Positions 1 through 14,327 of a DNA stretch of 64,000 nucleotides are shown here, piece by piece. A model generated the notes under the pieces. It saw nothing but the letters and a program-made list of their open reading frames with translations. It was not told where the DNA came from and did not search any database. How positions within the stretch are numbered: the stretch's first letter is position 1; every line of letters starts with the position of its first letter. Source of the DNA: Eledone cirrhosa. Its lineage: Eukaryota. Position numbers and translations under genes: made by a program. The stretch spans positions 190,402,001 through 190,466,000 of the forward strand of contig OZ024740.1 of assembly GCA_964016885.1 (NCBI GenBank), read 5' to 3'.

Positions 1-96
1 TATTACCGACTGTAATTCCTTTAATAACAACGTATTTCTTATCAGTGCATACTTGTGGCTAATCAACACCAACCGTGTTTTCTTTGTATTATGTGT

Positions 97-245
97 ACGC
101 ATTAGTGTTACGGTCCTTTACGTTGTGAGTTCAATTTCCTCCGATGTTAACTTTGCCTTTCATCCTTATGAGATTGATGAAATAAAGCACCAGTAAAGCA
201 CTGGGATAAAATTGCTGGCCTTTTTGACAAACGTAGAGACAATTG
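97..245 (+). mobile_element. SINE, 5'-truncated and diverged
   Basis: B-box-like GAGTTCAAT, core TTAACTTTGCCTTTCATCC...AAAGCACCAG and tail TTGCTGGCC...GTAGAGACAATT; same family as 21139 and 34481. Confidence 0.75.
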
Positions 246-1803
246 TGTCTACGCAGGAAATATGATTCATTTTTTGAGACCATTACAGCACTGGGAATAC
301 CAGAAATAACATATAACATAAAATTGTATTATACATTTACATCTTATGAGTTTCCACATTAAACACTATATTTGTACTCCATAAATTACAGTAGAAATAT
401 TACATGTTCATGCAAATGACAACATCTTTTCAAACACAAGTTTAAGTGAAAACATTTTATAAAGAAAGCTTAGGCATATCTTAACATACCAAAGTATTTT
501 AAACCATAACCCAATATGTATAACCATACTAGTTTCTTTAAAGACATTTCTCAATTGTACGTCATTAAGACAACAAGTGATGGCATGCTTACATAATCAT
601 TAAGTCTACTAAATATATCATCCAGTAGACTGTTCTTTCTCAACACATACCCACCCATCTTTGAAAGTAATACTAGGTACTCTTCGTTTTACACAATACG
701 TATTTGATCGAATCTTAACTAATTGAAATAAATAGAACAACGAAATGAAATAAAAAAATTAAATAAAACTTATACATTGTGTTAAAGTGCACGTGTAATT
801 AAATTACGTATATTTTAGAAATGTGGTAAATTAAAATTTGGTGACAATTTAATTAATGCGGAGGCTTAAATATAATGCTTTTTAATATAATGAAAATTGT
901 GTAATCGGAATATATGTATGAGAGATGTAATGGGCATACAAATTAATATATATTCTTTAATTAAATACAGTAGTCAGCATTTTGAAAACAGTAATAAAAA
1001 TAATTTTTAAATATTTTGCTTTCTAGGCAAACCTATATTTATTAAAACACAAACTCAAGTCGGAAAATATAAATAACTCTTCTGTTGTAACAGATGAATT
1101 GTTGTAGAACATATTTGTCATTCAGATATGGGGAAGGAAAAAAACAAGTTGCTCCCGGGTAAATAAACCGATGAAAACAGAAACGAAACCTACATTTAAC
1201 GAAACCTACATTTAATCAGTTCAGGAATCTATTTTTTTATAAAATGTTGCTTCTGAGTACTACGATCATGAATATACTCAGGTGATGAAACGTGATGGAT
1301 GAATATCTATAATGTTGAATCGGAAATTAATGCTTTTCAATCGAGGACATGTGTAATGACGAACATTTCAAAATATTTAATACAAATAACAAATTATATA
1401 GGTGACATAAGTCAAATCTATGTGTTATATTATATTCCTATTCATTATAGTTTTTGCCGAGTTTTGCATTTGCTCATGCGGCTATGTAGGGAGATACTGT
1501 AATAGCAATCTCTACTGCGTGGCGGACAGATATAAGCAGTGTCACGATATGATTGCTCTCTGCTTGTTTTCTACACTCTCTCAATGGCGCATTTCCAGGA
1601 TCCTTGTACGTCTGGAAGACTTTCAAATGACTGCATATCAATTTGTGTACGTTTTATCTTTCAATTCCAGCTGGTGAAGATCTAGCGACTTGGATCCCAC
1701 TGATCGTACCTCGCACAGCCAATCTTTACTAATTCGGCAGTAATTCATTCGGTGAACATGACCGAGAAACCAAAGACGGCATTGGCTAAGAAGGGAGAAG
1801 ATA

Positions 1804-3112
1804 CAGGTGGGGCATAAAAACTGTTACAAAATAAAATGCAAATAGTTCTTGAAGAAAACATTTATTTCAAGATCTGACTAAAACAAATAGTAAGTAATAT
1901 ACTATTAAACAACTGCACACAAATGTATTCGAAATACTTTCCTCTAGCTCTCACTACTGCTCGAAATATTCTAGGAAAGTCTTCGATGGCTGCACGAACA
2001 GTTTCCATGGGTATTTTCTCCCTTACTTTATTCAGTGTTGATGTTAGAGTTTCACTATTTAGGCTAGGAGTAGAGCAGGCGTCACTCTCAAGAATTGACC
2101 ATAAAGAAAAATCGAGAGGTTTGAGATCTGGTGATGTGGGAAGCCACTCTTCCTTACTGATCCATGAGGGACAATGGTCTCTACACCACTGTTGTGTTAC
2201 GCAAGCAGTGTGGCTCGTTGCTCCATCTTGTTGGAGAGTCCAAATGTCATCGCCATAAACAGATATGCACCATGGCATCAGGGCTCCTTCCAAAAGATTC
2301 TTCATGTAAAGTTATTTGTTAATTTTAACTCATTGAGGCACAACAATCAGAAGAGACTCCCCTCTATCAGAAATGGTTGCCCAAACTATCACTGATGCTT
2401 GTTTCTGTGTTCTGAACACTTTTCCTAAACTTGAGGAAATTGATTTGAGACTTTTTGCAAGTACTCCATCATGTTGATGATTGTGAGACTGCTGCACAGT
2501 GAATAACTTCTCATCTGTAAAGATTATGTTGTGCAGCGTGCTATCCTTGATACGGTTCAATAACAGTTTACTTCTGGAGCGTCTCTTTTCAATTGTGGCT
2601 GCAGAAAGAAGCTGCCTCTTTTGGAACTTATAGGGTGACATCCCCAGAACATCTCCACATATCCTGCGCATAGTTCTCGGCGATGTTTTTGATTCTTCTG
2701 CCATTTTTCTCATGGACCTTCTTGGATTATGCCTGATTCTTTTCCTCACACTTTTATCGAGTTTTGGTGTTCTTGAGGTGCAAGGACGTCCGAATTGAGG
2801 TCTGTCTTTGGTCGAGGAAGTTTCCTTAAATCGATCGATTGTCCTTTTGATTTTCATCAACATTCTATTGATCTTAAGAATTTTCCCCAGTTTAAATATC
2901 TCGGGTGGAGTCAGGCCTTTTTAATGCTTCTCTATTATGAACTTTCTTTTCAATTCTATGGATATTGCAAATTGTTAATGGCGTAATGTTCTAAACAATA
3001 GTTAATATGGTTATAGTACATGGATTTTTTACACATATATTAGTTATATTAGCAACATAATGTATTTTTAAATTGATTTAAAACTTTGTAACAGGAATTA
3101 TGCCCCAGCCTG
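1804..3112 (-). mobile_element. Tc1/mariner DNA transposon, DD37D (maT-type), 1309 bp
   Basis: Imperfect ~27-28-bp TIRs CAGGTGGGGCATAAAAACTGTTACAAA (1804-1830) and TTTGTAACAGGAATTATGCCCCAGCCTG (3085-3112); TA duplication at 1802-1803 and 3113-3114. Confidence 0.92.
1862..2960 (-). pseudogene. DD37D transposase, disrupted
   Basis: ORFs 2330-2863 (HTH region GRPCTSRT...SMRKMA, IIFTDEKLF) and 1862-2305 (QQDGATSH...SPDLKPLDFSLW); 37 residues counted between 2nd and 3rd Asp. Confidence 0.9.
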
Positions 3113-3524
3113 TAGTTGGCAAGTCTGCGAGCTCAAGCACCTCTGTATTTGAAATTCTGTCCTTCCAACATCCGCAATGTTCAGGAGATGACGCAAAATT
3201 ACGCGGATATTTACGTAATAGGGCTATTACACGTCTCCAGCCAGCTGCCCAACTCATGCAATATGTCTGTGCAGAGATCGCTAGTCATCACTACTGGATA
3301 AGTTATCTAGCTCTCCTCGGTAATCCCTCACTCCACCTCTAATAAAAAGAGGAAAAATTTCTCGCACACTAAATACACGTGGTTTGATGGTTGAATTCAA
3401 ACAAATGAATTCGCGCCTAAACGAAGCACTGAACTGGATTCTAGTATATGTGCACACATAACAAGGTCCATGCGTATATTCAAGCAAATAAAATATGATG
3501 TATCTGATATATATATATCACTAT

Positions 3525-4020
<496 letters not shown>

Positions 4021-4470
4021 ATATATTAGCAAATGGAAACTATATTTATAAAACCATATTTATTTCATTATACATATTTCAAGGGCCAACAAGGCGCTTT
4101 CATGGTGCGCTTTCATGGTGCGCTTTCATCAGATAAAATATAATATAGGTTAAGTTTATAAATAGATATTGACAAACCCTGAAAAAAATGCAACCATTCT
4201 GGTTGGAATCTCCTGGATATGTATATCAGTAAGCTTCATGAAGTTTATAACTTTGAAGATGTATTTGCTTTCTTCCAATACATTTATTAGAATTAAGTAT
4301 ATTGGAGATTGTGGATGGTTGAAACAGAGACCTTCAGAAATAAAGCTAAGCAGATGTTGTATGGCTGACGCTCGCATTCCGCGGGCCACCAAGACACATT
4401 GGCATATTTATCAGCATTTAGATATAAGTCCTAGCCTTTGACAAAGATCTACATAAAAAAACATATGCGA
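4021..4470 (-). mobile_element. PLE 3' remnant (family C) with hammerhead at ~4063-4138
   Basis: Minus strand TTTTAT-CTGATGA-AAGCG...CCCTT-GAAATATGTATA-ATGAAA; shared with 43340, 46008, 46543, 58310, 58490; decayed GIY-YIG C-terminal-like sequence upstream. Confidence 0.7.
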
Positions 4471-5780
4471 ATAAACACCAATCTGAGTGAATTTCACCCT
4501 TGTGTTTGGGCGCGCCCTTTTGTGTATATGTGTGTGGAACACCGTTAAATTCTATGTTTAGGTTTGTATAAAAACTGACAACGTATCAATGGAGATCAAC
4601 AGTAACCTTTTCCTGTGGTGTGTAATTTGTATGTTTATCTTATACTAAAATTATTTAAATCTCCTTTAGGTAGGCATCTATTTATCAAGGATAACTCTCG
4701 TATAGGCATTTCTAGAGCCTTAGTTGCAATTAACAATGTTTCATTTTAAAGCAATATATATACTGATCGTGGTAGAGTGTTTCACCTTTTGCTTCGCTAC
4801 CATGAGTATCATTATTGTAACCCTCTACCGAACATTTTGCAGTAATGCCATCTATTATCTCTGTTACAAATCCCTCTATGTGAAATATGACATCCGCTAG
4901 ATATGCCAAAATTGCACTGTATATATACATACGTGTATTTAGTTCTAACACTACGACACTTAAATCATGTGTTTGCTAGTTTGTCATCAAATTTAGAAAC
5001 CGTGTATATAAATTTGAGCCATCAAGAGAAAAAGTTATGAAAAAATAAAATTGCAAAATTCAAGTTCAAAAACCGATGTGGTTTTCCATTGGAGGGGGAG
5101 AACCTGAAGCTTAGTGCAGATATTCTGCTTGTGGTGTTGACTCTTATGTAAAACAAACTTTTAACATTGACCAAAACAGGATTATTTTTAAAACAGGATT
5201 ATTTTTAAATTGTATGTTTAAAATATACATGCAACATTCCAACCACAAATATCAGCCTGAGAACACAGGAGCTGTCAAAGAAATTAAGCAGCTTCCTACA
5301 CACCTGGGAATCGATGACGGAAATATTAGATAATTGCTCCATTTGCTTGAATTAAACTCGCATTTTACATCCCTTCATATATAAAGCAGCGGCATCTATA
5401 TGATGAAATTAAACACCAAAGGAAAGAAAGAAACTCAGCAGAAAATTGATAGAATTGATGTTTGGAAAATGGTTGCAGATACATATTTATAAAATTTAAA
5501 CAGCCACAAATAAGCGTTATCTACATTTTTTCTTTCGTTGTTTTTGTTTTTCGTAAATTCCTGCAATTCGATAAACGCAGAAGCGTAAAATTGCATATAT
5601 TTTGTTTCTTTCATTCTTCATTCATATCAATTGTCATGCTCATTTGTCATGAGGTACTTCGTAAAAATGATGACTATATCTTTTTATAATTTTGTTAACG
5701 TCTAGACTATAATCGATGATTTAACAATGTAATTATGTATCATAATACTACGTTGTTCTTCTGTTCTACTATTATATATA

Positions 5781-5827
<47 letters not shown>

Positions 5828-5856
5828 TCATGCATGTGTATATGTATATGTATATG

Positions 5857-5887
<31 letters not shown>

Positions 5888-5898
5888 TATATATATAT

Positions 5899-6902
5899 CT
5901 ACCTAAGGCGGGTAAAATTTCCGAGATCCATGGACGAGTTCTCTCCAGCGGTCTCTGTCCCTCATTATCGCTGCCATGTCCTGCGTCTCCAACAGACCAG
6001 TGTCTGACCTTAGGGCATCAACATACGTCAACCTTGGTCTTCCTCTTCCAGTGTGTCCATGTAGGGGCTCCCAAAGGAGCACTGAGTGCAATGTCAACTC
6101 TGGATATCGGTGAGCATGTCCAGCTAACCTCAGTCTCCTCTGTGTCACTTTTGAGCTGACTTTTGGGATTCTCCCATACAGCTCTGAGTTTTTCATCCTC
6201 AGTGTATACTGATTAATGTTCAGAGCCATCCTCAGCATTCTCGTGTAGCACCCATCCACTATCTGAGTCAGTTTCTTGGTCAGTGTCCAAGTCTCAGACC
6301 CATACAGCATCACAGACTCCACTACAGCAATGAAGAGGCGGATTTTTAGGTTTCTACGAAGGTCCGACTTCCACACCGATCTCAAGCTGTGGCACGCCGC
6401 CCAGGCCTTGCTCTTCCTCTCAACCACATCATCTTCCATATTCCCAATCTTTGCTCCCAAATACAGGAAGTCCTCAACCAATTCCAGCGGCTTCCCGCCT
6501 ACATTAGTGATCCCCTCTGGCTTCTCAACATTCTCTACCAGATATTTTGTTTTAGTCTCATTCATTCTCAGCCCCACACTCATCGACACAGTCTCAACCT
6601 CCCGCATCAAATCCTCTGCCTCCTTCACTGTATTTGTCACCAAAACTATGTCGTCGGCAAATTCAGCATCCGATACCTTTTTCGCCCTAACTCTCCTGCT
6701 CTGAGCCGGTGCTACAGTAAAGCCAGAGTCCTGGTGTTTTTCCAGTGCAAGGCGCATACAATAGTCCACTACGATGATAAACAGGTAGGGAGCCAATGCA
6801 TCTCCCTGGAGCACTCCAGCCAGTATCTCAAAGAACTCTGTCATCCCATCAGGTGTAATGAGTTGGGCTTTGGTGTTGGTGTAGAGCAGCGATACCAGGT
6901 CT
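5899..6902 (-). pseudogene. RTE-clade LINE 3' half (RT domains 4-7 and C-terminus)
   Basis: Open frame DLVSLLYTN...GVLQGDALAPYLF...EFADDIVL...MLYGSETW...RLRLAGH...GRGRPRLTY; stop at 5903 followed by short TAGGTAG tail and (AT)n. Confidence 0.92.
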
Positions 6903-7630
6903 GCCCTGACCCGGGGTGGTTGTACCTGTTAGGGCTCCATTTATGGGTTAAATAACTACCTTATTCGAGTGGCGCCGGTAAGGCATTGTCAGCCATTGAA
7001 AAGAAATATGGAGAGTCGATCTCACAGCACTAGGGTTAGAGCCCCTAATTACACTGTCAAGGAGCAGCCTGGTCGTTATGACTCTGCTGGCTTAGAGCCA
7101 CAGAGAGGGCCAGTGGATGATGGATCAGCTGTCTCTGAGACAAATATAAATAATGCAGTTTTGTCCTGCAGAAGAGCCATCAAAATGGGCACTTTGAATG
7201 TGAGGACTATTCGGACGCTGGAGAAGAGAGAGGAGTTGGGACATCTTTTCGAGGAGAGTGGTATACAGATACTTGCGATCCAAGAACACAGGTTCCTACA
7301 CGATGAGCCCGTGAGGAGTGTGATGATCGGGAAGAAGAGCCAGCTCGTGACTACATCGGCAGTGAAGAACACAACAAATGCTGCAGTAGGAGGAGTGGGT
7401 TTTGTGTTCAGTACAAAAACCAATCTGTTGGTGAGGGAAATAATGCCTATCTCCCCGCGAGTGTTGAGGGTGACCTTCAATGGAAACACAAGACTGACAG
7501 TCATCTCAGCCTATAGTCCAACCGAGGGGGACAGTGGCGTGAGTGCGGAAGAGTTCCATGAGGAGGTGTGTAGAGCTGTCAACACTACTCAGGCACACAA
7601 TATCCTGCTTGTTTTGGGGGACTTCAATAT
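6903..7630 (+). pseudogene. RTE-clade LINE 5' UTR and APE endonuclease N-terminus, inverted relative to the RT half
   Basis: MGTLNVRTI...ILAIQEHRF...GGVGF...SAYSPT...VLGDFN, then runs into (TA)n. Confidence 0.9.
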
Positions 7631-7641
7631 TATATATATAC

Positions 7642-7699
<58 letters not shown>

Positions 7700-7725
7700 T
7701 ATAGATATATATATATATATATATG

Positions 7726-7835
<110 letters not shown>

Positions 7836-7919
7836 GATATATAGATATATATATAGATATATAAATATATATGTGTGAATGAAGTAATTCCGTCGGAAAA
7901 GTCCAGGAAAAAAGAGTGC

Positions 7920-9053
7920 TCTATGTAGGTAACAGAGCTTAATAGTTATGTAATAAACAACATAAGGCAACTATTCCATTTACCAGTGGTTTCTTAAAAG
8001 CAAAAGGTTTTGCTTTCAATCCACAGAATGAAAAAATCCTGATCTGTTTATTGAATTTGGATTTTAAAAACAAAAATGCAATCTATATGAAAGTGAGGCT
8101 GGAGAAGGAAGAAGGAGAGGAAAAATAAAATAAAACTACACATGCAAACACACACAAAAAACACGCACACACACACACACACACATTTATATATATATAT
8201 ATAGTAGAATAATCGAGTATCAAAAAATCGGCGCACCAGTTCACGATAGACAAAATTCGAGATGAGCGGCAGAGGGCTCTATAATTCAAATAAATCAGAG
8301 CTATAACTATCGTTAAAATACCGTCACACGTAGAATATGTCTACAATCAACCAAATAACCGAACAATTTCGATATGGAAGATTCGGGACACTCAGATAAA
8401 TTATCAATAAATCAATAAATGAAATGAATGTAAAAAGCATACCCGGACCCACTAGAGAGATGGTATATCTAGCTTCTTGGGTTTCTGTAAATCCTTAAAC
8501 CGTCCTCTATCAGCTCACATAAAAATATAAGACTTACAGACAACGTGGGACTGGAGTTACTTCTTCAACGAGCTTTGTCCGAAGGGATGAAAAGACAAAA
8601 CCCAGGCTAAAAATACGCACATGGATTTCAGCAAGGGAGATAACCTTTATATCCGCCAAAAATATTCGGAAAAATGTGGAATAACACATATCGAATAAGA
8701 GTGCTCAATAGACATGTTAAAATAAACAGGAGCTATTCATCATTTAATAGAATCGACAAAAAATGAACAATAAAATTAACTGGTCAATAGCTAGGTCTAG
8801 AGCTAAATATAGTAGACTAATCGAGTATCGAAAAATCGGCGCACGAGTTCACGATAAACAAATTCGAGATGAGCGGAAGAGGGCTCTATAATTCAAATAA
8901 ATCAGAGCTATAACTATCGTTAAAATACCGTCACACGTAGAATATGTGTACAATCAACCAAATAACCGAAAAATTTCGATATGGACGACTCGGGACACTC
9001 AGATAAATTATCAATAAATCAATAAATGAAATGAATGTAAAAAGCATACCCGA

Positions 9054-9093
<40 letters not shown>

Positions 9094-9920
9094 CACATAC
9101 ACTCATACATGCACACACACATATATGTGTATATAAATACACACATACACATACATATACACATATAAACATACGCACATAAATATCAACACATCCATAC
9201 ATACACATACATATATACAACCACACACACATATATACACACATACATACACATATAAACATAAATATAAATACATATACATACACACATATACATTCAT
9301 ATATATAAATATATATGTACATATACATATATATATATGTGTACAAGCATACACCTACACAAACATAGCCATACACACATACATATACATACATAATATA
9401 CATGCACACAATCATACATATATACACACGTACATACATACACATACATAAATGCACTACTCTACATATTCACACACGCAAATAAACATAAGAAAACATA
9501 TATATATAAACAAATGTTGACAGCGATACAAACGGCGGGTAGCTGGACAGACACGCGTGATAAGTAATACACACAAATGCACGTATACATACGTACGAAA
9601 TAGTAAATACATACACACACTCTCACACATAAATATACATATACAAATACATAAACACATACATACACATACACAAATACATGCACAAACACGCACACAC
9701 ACACGTATACAATTATACACACACATATGTATATGTATATATAGAGACATACATATATATATATATATATACATAAATATAACAATACACACACACATAT
9801 ATATGCATACATACACACTCACATATACATACATAGCTATACAATTATACACATACAAATACGTACATATCATAAACACGCACAACCAAATACGAACATA
9901 CGAACACACACACACACACA
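7920..9920 (-). mobile_element. PLE 3' UTR remnant (family H), split by the 8203-9052 insertion
   Basis: HHR-like block 7975-8035 and (TGTA)-rich UTR 9100-9300 match 10740-10840 and 11540-11925. Confidence 0.6.
8203..9052 (-). repeat. Non-coding ~600-nt unit superfamily (subfamily E), 1.4 tandem copies, period 608
   Basis: AGTAGA.TAATCGAGTATC.AAAAATCGGCGCAC at 8203 and 8811; flanked by (TA)n; homologous to 35221-36689; strand inferred from fixed versus ragged ends. Confidence 0.85.
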
Positions 9921-9930
9921 TATATATATA

Positions 9931-10622
9931 TGACGCAATGAAATTCTCAACAGTTCATTACGTAACTGTCTTTATCCCATTGCAGAAACTAATTAGTTGG
10001 AGTGAAAATTTAAGTAAGTTAATTTAAAAAAAAAAATTTTTTTAAAGAAATTTTCTTATTTTACGTCTCATATATTATTGTTCTGCATTCTCCTGCATTG
10101 AACCACCTAGGTACAATGACATAACCTGTGTATTTGCTGGCATTAGCGTACATCTGTGCGCTTATGTTAGTAGATATATTAAATTATCTATATTTATCTC
10201 CAAATCACTGAATTGTCGAGCAAACCAGCCAAAACCACTTCTAAATTTTTTTGGGGGTGTTAGTAGGCGTCTGTCATCTTACCATCCCATTCCTACTGAC
10301 TAGCCTCTGTGTCACGTGATTGATTCTTTAGAATCGGCCATATGATCAGTGGCAGTGAGAATTTTCAGTGGCTGGAATCCAGTCCTCGATAGATGTTTTC
10401 AGTTGCCGAATTATTATTATTTTAATATGAGTCCCCAGTGTCCGCGCATCGCCTGGAGACTCGGCTGAGAATGACCTCCCTGATGACGCAATGAAATTCT
10501 CAACAGTTCATTGCGTAACTGTCTTTATCCCATTGCAGAAACTAATTAGCTGGAGTGAAAATTTAAGTAAGTTAATTTTAAAAAAACATTTTTTTAAAGA
10601 AATTTTCTTATTTTACGTCTTA
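9931..10622 (+). repeat. HHR-bearing non-coding tandem (family B), 1.25 copies, period 553
   Basis: TGACGCAATGAAATTCTCAACAG at 9931 and 10484; flanked by (TA)n. Confidence 0.85.
10475..10556 (+). ncRNA. Type I hammerhead ribozyme motif (family B)
   Basis: CTCC-CTGATGA-CGCAATG...CATTGCA-GAAAC-TAATTA-GCT-GGAG; the triplet is GTT in the copies at 9996 and ~15980. Confidence 0.75.
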
Positions 10623-10739
10623 TATATATATATATACATATATACACATACATACACATATACATGTGTGTGTGTGTAAAACTCAGTCTTAGATAATTCA
10701 TATGAACCTTACATATACATATATATAGTAGTAAAGTAA

Positions 10740-10865
10740 TAAAGTAATAAGCAACAGAAGGCAATTATTCCATTCACCAGTGGTTTCTTAAAAGCAAAAA
10801 ATGTTTCCTTCAATCTTCAGAATGAAAAAAACCTGGTCTATCTACATATACATACATAGACACAC

Positions 10866-10906
<41 letters not shown>

Positions 10907-10921
10907 TATATATATATATAT

Positions 10922-10957
<36 letters not shown>

Positions 10958-11922
10958 ACACATAAATATACACACACATACACATAGGTATGTGAAGGTC
11001 AAGGCAAAAATAATATATGGAGGGGGGAACATAGGAAAAGGTGAAATATAAGGGGAGGTAAGGGAGAAAAAAATATATATACAAGAGTACAGAACGTAGA
11101 TTTAGCAAAATAAAAACCCTAGCAGAAGTAAAGAGTAGAGAAGGAGTTCAAGGCGGTTGATTTATCATAGGAGTGTCAATCCAGTTACAGATCAGATGCG
11201 ATTTCAGATGAGGACAGCATCTGAAGATCTCAGTCTTTGAGTTAAGGCAAGCGGAAGTGGCTCTCAGGTTTAGCAAAATCCTATATTTTTTCTGTGGTAC
11301 ACAAAGAACAATTCTTTGTGCCCCTTTTGTACTCCCTCGAATGGTCTAATATAGACCAATCAATAGAGTACGGGATGTTACTATCCTTGAGTTCCCACAC
11401 CTTACTTGCGAGGGCCGTTGATGTTCGTTTTCGGAGTACTTAAAATACGCGACATGTGAGTAAAATCTGGTTTTGAACCTGTCCTGGGTCATACCGACAT
11501 ATCGCTCACTCCTGGCTTGCTGGTTGTTGATTACCGGTACACATATATATATATGTATATGTACATATATATTTATATATATGTATATGTGTGTATGTAT
11601 ATGTATTTATATTTATGTTTATATGTGTATCTATGTGTGTATATATGTGTGTGGTTGTATATATGTATGTGTATGTATGGATGTGTTGATATTTATGTGC
11701 GTATGTATATATGTGTATATGTATGTGTATGTGTGTATTTATTATGTGTATGTGTGTATTTATATACACATATATGTGTGTATATATGTATGCATTTTTG
11801 TTTTTAAAATGCAAATTCAATAAACAGACCAGGATTTTTTCATTCAGAGGATTGAAAGCAAAATATTTTACTTTTAAGAAACCACTGGTAAATGGAATAA
11901 TTGCCTTTTGTTGTTTATTACA

Positions 11923-11925
<3 letters not shown>
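10740..11925 (-). mobile_element. 5'-truncated PLE: GIY-YIG remnant (11148-11535), 3' UTR with HHR (10770-10826), inverted 3'-UTR copy (11540-11925)
   Basis: RYVGMTQDRFKTRFYSH...TALASKVWELKD...WSIL...CSLCTTEK...LNSKTEIFRCCPH (frameshifted); HHR TTCATT-CTGAAGA-TTGAAGG..CTTTTAA-GAAACCACTGGT(G/A)-AATGG. Confidence 0.85.
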
Positions 11926-11959
<34 letters not shown>

Positions 11960-11961
<2 letters not shown>

Positions 11962-12006
11962 CGAAGGAAATGTGGTAAGGAACCAGGTGGACCATAACGC
12001 ATGCGA

Positions 12007-12095
<89 letters not shown>

Positions 12096-12258
12096 CATTC
12101 GACGGCTAATTCTGGACTGCGTCCAGAATTGGCCGTCGAAACGGCTGGAGCTCAGCCGTCGGGGACTTACTGGTCCTATTACCCACTCTACTACCCTAAG
12201 TATTGAGTACGTTGGTGCGTTATGGTCCACCTAGTTCCTTACCACATTTCCTTCGTTA
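11960..12258 (+). repeat. Family A copy with helix II/III half of a hammerhead (12101-12165)
   Basis: Hairpin GACGGCTAATTCTGGAC-TGC-GTCCAGAATTGGCCGTC then GAAAC-GGCTG-GAGCT-CAGCC-GTC-GGGG; CUGANGA absent (truncated). Confidence 0.7.
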
Positions 12259-14288
12259 TATATATATATATATATATATATATTATCTATATGTACATTC
12301 ATGTATATATGTTCATTTATGTCTGAAGCATCGCAAACCTATACATATATAATCCTCCAGTCGATGAAACTGCATTCGAATTGTATGTTGAATTTTGTGT
12401 TTATCTATCTTAATCAAATTTATTTCTCATTTACAATACGCTAAATGCTCTCTACACCGGCAATTTGGTGGGGGAGTTTGATTTATATTCAACTTTTCAA
12501 TTTCTTTTACTTTCCTGCCAATGTATTCACTAAATATTGTCAAGCTTGGTTTTCATCCTTTTTTATGTGTGCCAGTACACATCTAAAACTACTACATTTG
12601 TGGTGACAATGATTAGACGTGTACTAGTCGGTTAAACATACCTGCCCATTCGTGAAGGCTACCATCCAATTAGGAAGCATTCCTGAGCCAAATTACCTAA
12701 TGTATGCTGATATTACCTCAGTAATGTGAACAGTGTTTGCAGTTGGAGCCATGATTCAGGGACCGGCGTATATTTTATATTATGATATCATTCCCCACAC
12801 GAAGTCACATATCATTATCTTTAGTGTACTTGGGCACTCTGAATAATGGGTTGGATATAAACATGGTTATATCCTTGAGCGATTAAGATATGGCTGAATA
12901 TGTACCGATCATTACGGCTAGCTTCCTATACCTATATATCTTCGTATTCAGATTATCACAGGAAGCTGCTTCTTAAGTTCCAACATTTTTCTATGCTCTC
13001 ACTACCCACTTAAATTTCTAATAAAAGTAATATGTTATATATTATAGTTGCTCTATTTATTTGAAAATGTTTTATCTTTTTTAATGGAGTTTCATTTGAG
13101 AGCCTTAGACTTTGGTATGGATTTAAATTTTATTTATAATTGATTCTAAACAAAATTTTAATTCATTTCTAAATTTCCGATGATTTCGTGATTACTTGAA
13201 TTTGTTTTGTGTAGTGTAGTCCTTAAGAAATATATTTTATGCATTTCATAAAAGGGTATAATGAAAACCAAGAAATAAAATGTTTTTCTCATACTGATAC
13301 ATACACATATTCTGGCCTTTAGAAGTCATTACACAATAATTTTAAGAGTTCTACATTCCTGCCATTTGCATATAATGGCTACATGTGTTGATATCAAAAT
13401 TATTATATTTGATAAATATTTAATAAGCTATATCTGCTGCATTTGTTAATGACATTTAAACACGCATAATCTAATTATCCTGGTATAATGCTGGTCAAAA
13501 CGTACTTCCAGTTATTACTAAAATTAGAAGCAAATTATAAATGAATAAATAAATATAGTCTAATCCCGATTAAAACATTGCTATTCGGCTGAATTATACA
13601 TGCCTTCTTAATTTCAGTGCTTCTCCATGTTAAGTTACATGAACAAGTAAGCTTCTGTGTCTGAGTTTTATTTTAGCATAGTGTTATGTGAATTAAGCTT
13701 TTTGTTTAATTATTCCTCTATCTTCATCGGGAAATTCACGAATACATGAAGGTAAACATTTGATACTGATGGTGTAATGATTGCATACAAATAATACAAA
13801 TCCTGTAAAAAAGTATCTTATGATGCTCATGTTGCATGTAAATGTTTTTTTCCGTCGGATAATATCAGTTCGGGCAGACTTATAATTTCAAATATTCTAA
13901 CTGACATTATACGACTATTTTAATCAAAACTAGGACTACATATTCTAAATGGCCACCAATCATATGTGACATAGTTTTATGTATGGAAGGTGTTCCGAGT
14001 AAGTTAAATGAACCTCTAAATACACTCTCTCTGTCTTGTGAAATTCATGGTTTCGTATATTTTCATGGGTGAATACATGTTAAATCATTTTCTAATGGCA
14101 AAGCTTAGAATCGATTCGTGAAGACACGTTAAGTAGATATAGACATGTTGTATGATTTAAGAAAAAATTGGTGTCTGTTTACTGCGAAGTAACGATTTGA
14201 ATTAATGACATATCCGTGTAAAGATGCTAAAACATTAGGATGTTGCTGATGATAATTATGATCAGGGGGACGAAGACGGTGATAACGG

Positions 14289-14289
<1 letters not shown>

Positions 14290-14327
<38 letters not shown>
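14290..14327. repeat. (GAT)n microsatellite
   Basis: Direct reading. Confidence 0.95.

Larger units (their letters stand above)
1447..3300 (-). pseudogene. RTE-clade LINE 3' remnant, interrupted by the Tc1/mariner element
   Basis: Removing 1804-3112 plus one TA gives WKDRISNTEVLELADLPTIFSLLSQCRLWFLGHVHRM...RISKDWL, the typical RTE C-terminus; decayed terminal Zn-knuckle ICPPRSRDCYYSISLHSRMSKC near 1465-1535. Confidence 0.8.

Noticed and set aside
6276-7504. Antisense ORFs over the RTE halves (also over the CR1 LINE and the transposase)
   Set aside because: Shadow frames of real TE coding sequence.
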